Positions 58,401 to 64,000 of a DNA stretch of 64,000 nucleotides are shown piece after piece. The position numbers were made by a program, and so were the translations under genes. How positions within the stretch are numbered: the stretch's first letter is position 1; each line of letters opens with the position of its first letter. Source of the stretch: Cyanobacteria bacterium P01_A01_bin.123 (GTDB taxonomy: Bacteria; Cyanobacteriota; Cyanobacteriia; Phormidesmidales; Phormidesmidaceae); NCBI GenBank assembly GCA_039815185.1, contig JBCBZT010000005.1, positions 32,001 through 96,000 on the forward strand, written 5' to 3'. The notes under the pieces were generated by a model. It saw nothing but the letters and a program-made list of their open reading frames with translations, was not told the DNA's origin and did no database searches.

Positions 58401-59451
58401 ATACTGAGGCTTCTGTGATCTCTAGATTGTCGGAGGGCAGCACATAGTCTACCCGCAGGTTACCCGGCCCACCAAAGATCGATTCGCCAAAGTCAGCCGT
58501 ATCGTAGCGGGGGGCGCTGAGGTGATCAAAGTTGTTGTCGCCTTGACGGAGCGTGGCGTCTACACCGCCCTCACTATCTGGTGTCGCCGCCGTATTTACC
58601 CGAGGATGAGCCAGCAACTGCTGAATCGCCCCAGGGATGCTATCGCCATCGAAGGGATCTGAGTTTTGGTCGCCCATCACCACGAAGCGGGCACCGGATT
58701 CCAGACCGCCCGTACCGCCATTGTCGTCATAGATATAGTCGGCCCCGTCAACATAGTCCGCCCAAAAGCGGATCTCATCAAAGTTGCGGGTGCCGTTGCG
58801 ATCTTCGGGGCCATCGAAGACGGGCGGTGTCGGGTGGCTAGCCAATACGTGGATGATTTCACCATCCACTTCGATTGGGATATCCCAATGACTCTTGGAC
58901 GACAGGCGCACCTGCTCTAGTTCTGCCTCGGTGTACCAATTTTCGGTGTCGCCGTTGCCGTCTATATCCTCAGGATCGGTAGGCAACAAGGCATCGGGCA
59001 TATCCTTCCACAAAAAGTTTTGGAACGTGCGGACGTTAGCCGTATCGATGGGATGTTTGGAGTACACCACCATGCCAAATTGACCGGGGAAAAAGCCGAA
59101 TCCATAGGCATCCCCAGGACCGTCTGTCGTACCGTCGTTGTCGAGATCCAGTCCGGAGGGAATACCCGTATTTGAAGGTGCTAGGTAAACATAGGGGTAT
59201 TCAACCGGGTCTACACCGTTTTGACTCACGCCCAAATAGTTTTGCTGGAACAGGGCGGCGGCTTCGCCGTTGGCGTCGTAATCAAACTCATTGACCAGCA
59301 GTACATCCGGGTTAGCCCGCTGAATAATTTCAGCCACGGCTTGGGCTTGAGCATTATCTGGGGTAGATAAATCGCCAATCAACTCGCCTTCGTTGTTGCG
59401 ATTTAAGGAAGCGTTGAATGTCGAAAAACGAACGGTTTCAGAACCAGCCAT
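55480..59451 (-). CDS. Multidomain secreted phosphatase: EEP domain + phytase-like esterase + beta-propeller phytase + RTX Ca-binding tail
   Basis: TFNASL, SSKSHWD, SDHR; GGLSGI, VSDNNF; DSDDPAIW; GGxGxD repeats. Confidence 0.9.
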   Translation of the reverse strand: MAGSETVRFSTFNASLNRNNEGELIGDLSTPDNAQAQAVAEIIQRANPDVLLVNEFDYDANGEAAALFQQNYLGVSQNGVDPVEYPYVYLAPSNTGIPSGLDLDNDGTTDGPGDAYGFGFFPGQFGMVVYSKHPIDTANVRTFQNFLWKDMPDALLPTDPEDIDGNGDTENWYTEAELEQVRLSSKSHWDIPIEVDGEIIHVLASHPTPPVFDGPEDRNGTRNFDEIRFWADYVDGADYIYDDNGGTGGLESGARFVVMGDQNSDPFDGDSIPGAIQQLLAHPRVNTAATPDSEGGVDATLRQGDNNFDHLSAPRYDTADFGESIFGGPGNLRVDYVLPSDNLEITEASVFWPDADAENFDLVGDFPFPSSDHRLVYTDVAVARQGASQDRQSVAGVEFLGEVSFVTGTELDGTEIGGLSGIAYDSDRGLYYALADDRSSDARFYTLGIDLSDGSLDDGDITFQETTLLLDAEGNPFDDGVLDPEGIALTGTGTLYISSEGDANQLIDPFVRQFSLTGQQISELPVPDKYLPTADQSSGIRNNAAFESLTITPDQRFLYTATENALFQDGPEATLDNGSLSRILKYDLSTGEPVAEFVYEVDAIPDEPIPADDFATNGLVELLALDNNGTFLALERGFSVGVGNTVKLFQVNAQGALDVFDTPDLFREEPLDDDGEILPPGPFEIDPAVTKTELLDIEADLGIAPDNLEGIALGPVLEDGRQSLIVVSDNNFSDTQKTQFLAFALDLESTPAALPVLETPLTVDDEDGTTPLQGDSDDPAIWVHPTDPSKSVVFGTLKDGGLASFDLEGNVLSTFRPAEFGDIRYNNVDLVYGFDLGGSPTDLAILSDRENDTLTILQIDPETGGITDVTSANIPETIFGVDDGEATAYGLSTYTSPVSGKSYAFVTQADGNLVAQLELVEDSGKVSASVVRTLELPTPTGDPADSQSEGIVVDQELGFLYVSLEDEVGILKFSAEPDGGNDFQVIQSIDEDYLVPDLEGLSIYYGADGSGYLIANSQGDSSYAVFNREGDNAYLGSFVVGANGPIDQANESDGLDVINVSLGSAFPNGLLVVQDGANDPQNAVEDDEELENNSTNLKLVPWENVAEAFPNPLDIDTTSYDPRNPVQALISGSADGETLVGDDVTNILNGFGGDDTLAGELAGDIIYGGTGDDVLRGDRNVRSAQAGEAGGDDVIFGGDGNDRIGGKSGNDRLFGDAGNDQIWGDDGDDLLRGGLGNDTLTGDDASGGQGSDTFVFAMGEGTDTITDFEIGIDLIGLADGLSLGQLAIRQQGNDALISVGAETLVLLQGVQSTMLDDAHFVVV

Positions 59452-59632
59452 AAGTCCTCAAGGGGTGAAGGAAATATACATGACAAAACGGTGAGATCGC
59501 TCCTATGAGCAATCTCACAATGAGGGTTTCAAATTTGACCAGCACAACCTGAGCTGAACTTAGTAGCTCTGCCCATAGGGGATCTCCGTGCCGGGGTTAA
59601 GCCCTAACAAATCCGTAATGAAATATACCAGC

Positions 59633-59690
59633 ACTGGTTAAAGAAAGGATTATGGCAACGTTATGGCAATGGCAACGACGGTTAAGTATC
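59633..59690 (-). promoter_or_regulatory. Possible SphR Pho-box-like repeats upstream of phytase
   Basis: Minus strand CTTAACC plus roughly 11-bp-spaced cataacg/cataatc/tttaacc. Confidence 0.35.
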
Positions 59691-59849
59691 TTTACGCAGA
59701 GAAGAAGTTTGATGCATTAGTCCTGAAGTATTGAGAGGAATTAGGGCGTGGCGCGATCGCGATTGTTCCTGGGGGTGAGTATCTTGATGTGAAGAGTAAA
59801 ATTTAGACTATTGGAAATCGACGCTTACGAAAATTGATGACAAAGGTTG

Positions 59850-61478
59850 ATGGCAAAGGTTGCACTGCTAATTGGGGTCAGTGAATACGGTGAGGGTTTG
59901 TCAAACTTACCAGGTACTCTGGAAGACCTCCAGGCAATGCAGCGGGTGTTGGAAAATCCTCAAATTGGCGGCTTTGACAAAGTTGAGGTGTTGCCCAACC
60001 CCAATCGGACTGATATGGAGCGGGCGATCGAAACGCTGTTCAACGAAGACCGCCGCCGCGACGATTTGGTTTTACTCTACTTCTCCGGACATGGGGTTCG
60101 AGACGACAACGGCACCCTATACTTCGCCACAAAAATTACCGAGAAAAATTCCCAGGGACGAATCCGCACCAGCACCGCAGTCAGTTCTAGAGCGCTGCAA
60201 GACTACATGACCCCAAGTCGATCTAAGCGGCAAGTATTGATCTTAGACTGTTGCTTTAGCGGAGCCTTCGCCCAGGATATGAAGGCAAAAGCTGACGAAG
60301 CCATTGACGTGAAAACTCAACTGGGTAGTGAAGGCAGGGCAGTCTTAACCTCTTCGACGGCAACCCAAGTGTCTTTTGAAAAAGAAGGAGCCAGCGTTTA
60401 CACTCGCTATCTGGTGCAGGGGCTAGAAACTGGCGCTGCTGACCGGGATGAAAACGGCCAAGTCACTGTGGATGAGCTGCACGAATACGCCAAAGAAAAA
60501 GTGCAAGAAGCAGCCCCCACCATGCAGCCTGAGATTTATGCTGTGAGGGAAGGCTACAAAATCTTGATTGCCCGTGCGACTCAGAGCGATCCAACGCGGG
60601 TGTTTCGTAAGGAAGTAGAAGCACGGGCCAAGCAAAAGCGCGGCAAACTTTCGCCTGTGGATCGGCGAGCATTTCGGTTTCTTTCAAACGAGTTACAGCT
60701 ATCCACTCAAGCAGCAGAACAAATTATTGCCGAGGTTTTGCAACCCTACGAAGCATTTTGGGAGAAAGTAGGGGAATTTGAGCAAGCAGTGAAAGAAACG
60801 CTAGAGTACGATCCGCAGTCGAGCGCGGCTAGCATTGACGATCTACAGTATTTTCAAAGGATGCTGAAGCTACGGGATGAAGATATTGCCCCGGTGCTTA
60901 ATACCTATCAGATTGAGCTGACTTCATCTCCACCCAAAACAGACTCTGGCAAAGCACGAACCAAACCTCAACCTGCGGCAAATCAGGTAACTGAAACGCC
61001 CATATTGCAAAAAATCGAAGAAATCCCTCCGGAAGCAGGGAAGTGCATTGATTACAGCAAGCTGCGAGGTTTTCTAAAGGCTCAGGACTGGAAAGCAGCA
61101 GACAAAGAAACTGCAGCTCAGATGCTAAAAGTAATGAACAAGACAAGCTGGATCAATATAACCCGCGATGACTTATTGCACTTTTCTTACAAGGATTTGA
61201 AGAATATCAATGATCTCTGGGTGCACTACAGTCAAGGTAAATTTGGCTTCAGTGTACAGAAAAAAATATATGTGGATTGCGGTGCAACGCTAGATGGTAA
61301 TTATCCAGGTAATGAGATTTGGAGGAAGTTTTGTGTTCGTGTAGGGTGGCGAGTGAACAACAAATTTGTTTCTTACTCCGAGATTACTTTCAATATTTCT
61401 GCCCAACGAGGACACTTACCTCGTTGGGTGGGACGTGGAGGACGGTCCCCTTATCTTCTCTCTCGCCAGGGCTTATAA
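59850..61478 (+). CDS. Caspase-like (C14) peptidase fused to GUN4 domain
   Basis: KVALLIGV, YFSGHG, ILDCCFSG; DY..LR..L.A.DWK.AD.ET, LW..YS.GKFGFSVQK, GHLP. Confidence 0.9.
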   Translation: MAKVALLIGVSEYGEGLSNLPGTLEDLQAMQRVLENPQIGGFDKVEVLPNPNRTDMERAIETLFNEDRRRDDLVLLYFSGHGVRDDNGTLYFATKITEKNSQGRIRTSTAVSSRALQDYMTPSRSKRQVLILDCCFSGAFAQDMKAKADEAIDVKTQLGSEGRAVLTSSTATQVSFEKEGASVYTRYLVQGLETGAADRDENGQVTVDELHEYAKEKVQEAAPTMQPEIYAVREGYKILIARATQSDPTRVFRKEVEARAKQKRGKLSPVDRRAFRFLSNELQLSTQAAEQIIAEVLQPYEAFWEKVGEFEQAVKETLEYDPQSSAASIDDLQYFQRMLKLRDEDIAPVLNTYQIELTSSPPKTDSGKARTKPQPAANQVTETPILQKIEEIPPEAGKCIDYSKLRGFLKAQDWKAADKETAAQMLKVMNKTSWINITRDDLLHFSYKDLKNINDLWVHYSQGKFGFSVQKKIYVDCGATLDGNYPGNEIWRKFCVRVGWRVNNKFVSYSEITFNISAQRGHLPRWVGRGGRSPYLLSRQGL

Positions 61479-61729
61479 CGATAGTAGATAGCTGCTTCAG
61501 CTCGACCTGGAAGTTTCATTTTAGTTTCCCTATCTCTTGATTGGCATGGCATAAGCGATAGAACTGTTCATCCGTCAGATTGACATGATCGAGGTTTAGC
61601 ACCATCGGCCATCCAGAGACCATACCAGCGTCCTCCCCTTTGGTTCCTTTTAATCCTAAGTATCCTGTTCAACCCAAGATCTCAAGAGTTTTTCCAAAAA
61701 TCCTGGGATCTGGACGTTTCAGTGAACGA

Positions 61730-62038
61730 TTAACGCATCTGCAGAAAACAAAGCCCGTTTAACAGCGCGGTCAAACAAGCCGCGATCACGATTCCCTTGA
61801 CCATGCCTGGGTTTCGCCGTCGTTGCAGCCAAATCACTAATGGAATCACGTACAGCAACTGCCAAAAAAAGAAGCCCGCCGCCCCAATCAATAACACAAC
61901 CAAGCTGGTGTAATAACCCGTAGCGAATTCTTCAGCCAACACCGCGATCGCCAAAATTAACCCGGCCATGACCAGATGCAAACCCAGGGTCAATAAAATG
62001 CCAAGCAAAATACCAAGGGGTTCATTTCTCTCTGTCAT
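61730..62038 (-). CDS. Small membrane protein
   Basis: Three hydrophobic segments; overlaps radical SAM stop (ATGA). Confidence 0.75.
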   Translation of the reverse strand: MTERNEPLGILLGILLTLGLHLVMAGLILAIAVLAEEFATGYYTSLVVLLIGAAGFFFWQLLYVIPLVIWLQRRRNPGMVKGIVIAACLTALLNGLCFLQMR

Positions 62039-63465
62039 GGGGCATTGACCTGCTGGACGTCTTTCAGCTTGGCTTGCCCTGCACTACCCTCTCGATAAAA
62101 CAGGTTATACGTTTCAAACGGAATCAGTCGTCCATCGGGATGCACGATGTGAATACACGATCGCTTTACGGATTTCACATCGAAGTTGTAGGCATCCATA
62201 AATTGCACAATCATGATCCGAAAAATGTTTTCATAATCGAGGGTATCGGGCACAGGCACTAGCGGCAAACAGCACAGCAGTTGCTTGAGTGAGGTCGCCG
62301 CCGATCGGGGGGAATGGCTGGTAGAAAATAGGTCAAACAGCTTTTGCTTGAGCGACTCGTCTTGTTCGTAAAGTACGCTGTTGGGCATCACATTGACAAA
62401 CTCATCCGGATTGATTAATCCCGTGAGGGGAATCATCTTGCCATTGACTTTCAAGGCATAGGCCATGGCTAAGGCATCGGGGTGGCAGGGCACAGGCACG
62501 ATATCTTCGGGTTTGAAGTGGGATGTTTGCTCAAGAATGGCGCGGCGTACGGCGGTTAACGGGTAGCGATCGCGCCTCGCATCATACCCCTCCAACCGTC
62601 CCGCCGCCTGAATCGGCTGAAAAGTGACACCCCGAATGCAGGGTTGCGCTAGAGCGTAGTCGATAATTTTGCCGATTTCGTGATCGTTGAGTCCCTTTTT
62701 TAGCGTCACTACCAGCGTTGTAGACAGGTTGAACTGGTTTAAGTGGGCGATCGCGGCCTCCCTGACCGATCGCAAATCGCTGCCTCGTAATTCCATCAGT
62801 ACCCCAGCTTCAAAGCTATCAAACTGGAGATAAATTTCAATCCCCGGTTTGTATTGGCTCAGCTTTTCCACGAACGCCAAATCTTGGGCGATGCGTATGC
62901 CGTTGGTATTGATCATCAAGTGCTTGATCGGTTTGCGCTTGGTCAGCGCCACAATCTCAAAAAACTGGGGATGAATCGTCGGTTCTCCGCCGCTGAGCTG
63001 CACGACCTGGGCTTCTCCCTCATTGGCTACCACCGCATCGATCAAAAACTCAATTTCTTCTAGGCTACGGTGGCGACGGGGCGTATGGGTGGTGGCTGAA
63101 ACCGCATCCGGGCCAGAATCGGCATAGCAAATGGAGCAGGCCAAATTGCAGCGATCGCTGACTTCAATCAAGCTCAAGCAGCTATGTTGCTCGTGGTCCG
63201 GACAAAGACCGCAGTCGTAGGGGCAGCCATAGCGAATCGGGGTATTGAACGTCAGCGGCATATCCCCCGGTTTGATGTAGCCCTGCATTTTCTGGTAGTA
63301 CTCAATATCGTCGGCAATCAGCACCTCCTCCGCCCCGTGGATCAGGCAGTGTTTAGACAGATAAACTTGGCCATCTCGAAATAGGACTTTCGCCTCAACT
63401 TTGCTCAAACACTGGGAGCAAACACTGTTGGTCAGACCGTAAAACAGGTGGTTGCGAGTCGGCAT
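62035..63465 (-). CDS. Radical SAM protein (MJ0619-like family)
   Basis: CPYDCGLC..H, CNLACSIC, SGGEPT; probable start MPTRNH at 63465. Confidence 0.88.
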   Translation of the reverse strand: MPTRNHLFYGLTNSVCSQCLSKVEAKVLFRDGQVYLSKHCLIHGAEEVLIADDIEYYQKMQGYIKPGDMPLTFNTPIRYGCPYDCGLCPDHEQHSCLSLIEVSDRCNLACSICYADSGPDAVSATTHTPRRHRSLEEIEFLIDAVVANEGEAQVVQLSGGEPTIHPQFFEIVALTKRKPIKHLMINTNGIRIAQDLAFVEKLSQYKPGIEIYLQFDSFEAGVLMELRGSDLRSVREAAIAHLNQFNLSTTLVVTLKKGLNDHEIGKIIDYALAQPCIRGVTFQPIQAAGRLEGYDARRDRYPLTAVRRAILEQTSHFKPEDIVPVPCHPDALAMAYALKVNGKMIPLTGLINPDEFVNVMPNSVLYEQDESLKQKLFDLFSTSHSPRSAATSLKQLLCCLPLVPVPDTLDYENIFRIMIVQFMDAYNFDVKSVKRSCIHIVHPDGRLIPFETYNLFYREGSAGQAKLKDVQQVNAP

Positions 63466-63696
63466 AGGCCAAACGGAATGAAGGGATAGCTTAGGTATAG
63501 GCGATCGCGGCAGGCAATCTGCCATTTCAACCCAAGTCTCTTTAGGAAGCCCCTTGGGGCTTCAATGGGGTTTCAATGACATTTCACTTTGTATTCATAA
63601 AGCTATCGCCAACCCTGACTGACGGGTTATACTCGGTGGAAGAAATTGTGCATGTTATAGTGAAGGGCCGAATAGTTCCTGAAGATGGCGAGTAGC

Positions 63697-64000
63697 ATGT
63701 TGTCAATCCCAACTCATAAAACTAAATCAGAGCACGAACGGTTGGTGTATCTGGCGGAAGAGTATGAGAAGAAAGGCTACCAGGTCAATCTTTACCCAAC
63801 CGATGCAAATCTGCCGGAATCTTTGCGGGGTTTTGTGGTTGGCCTCGTAGCTGAAGCTAAAGGTGAATTAGTGGTCGCGGACGTTAGAAACCGTGAGCAT
63901 TTAACCCGAAACGGTGCAGAGGACTTGCGCGCCCTGGCCCGCAAGTTGGAAATGCTGCCAAACAGTCGTTTTGACTTGGTTGTGTTCAACCCCAGCCTCT
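63697..64000 (+). CDS. Restriction-endonuclease-fold protein, partial (runs off window end)
   Basis: Manual translation MLSIPTHKTKSEHERLVYLAEEYEKKGYQVNLYP...LP..L.GF...LVAE...ELVVADVR...RFDLVVFNP; not in ORF track. Confidence 0.6.
   Translation, partial: MLSIPTHKTKSEHERLVYLAEEYEKKGYQVNLYPTDANLPESLRGFVVGLVAEAKGELVVADVRNREHLTRNGAEDLRALARKLEMLPNSRFDLVVFNPSL

Larger units (their letters stand above)
1..64000. repeat. HIP1 octamer GCGATCGC dispersed through the window
   Basis: Many copies in core genes; none noticed by eye between ~35.2 and ~43.3 kb. Confidence 0.85.

Noticed and set aside
59452..59640. c-di-AMP (ydaO) riboswitch before phytase
   Set aside because: Only a GGCACGGAG fragment resembles it; other conserved blocks are missing
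61730..63465. Radical SAM RiPP cluster
   Set aside because: No SPASM/RRE features or precursor peptide evident; the neighbour is a simple membrane protein

Overview
This is a cyanobacterial chromosomal window: HIP1 octamers GCGATCGC are frequent, and crtB, futB and DUF3038/DUF4335/DUF4278 genes are present. Housekeeping genes (glyA, crtB, mnmE, lnt, tag, a WecA/MraY-like transferase, iron uptake) alternate with accessory regions. The best candidate for an undescribed system is an AT-rich, HIP1-poor island at ~36.0-42.5 kb. It encodes a cytoplasmic S8 subtilase lying 3 nt upstream of an NLR-like NACHT ATPase, an uncharacterised 305-aa protein, and a convergent 119-aa protein homologous to the NACHT N-terminal domain; that shared domain resembles a subtilase propeptide/I9 inhibitor. 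Other notable items: (i) three co-oriented ~104-bp structured elements with compensatory base changes, each just after a gene, separating four accessory genes like cassettes; (ii) a lone 1.3-kaa carbamoyltransferase-methyltransferase fusion; (iii) four genes that keep both ends but have lost their middles (feoAB, a Uma2 nuclease, an ATPase-TPR gene, and phytoene desaturase crtP); (iv) phased TGAC repeats upstream of an HTH-STAND-WD40 gene. I recognised no rRNA, tRNA, CRISPR array, transposase, integrase or reverse transcriptase. All family calls are from motif recognition by eye; no searches were run.
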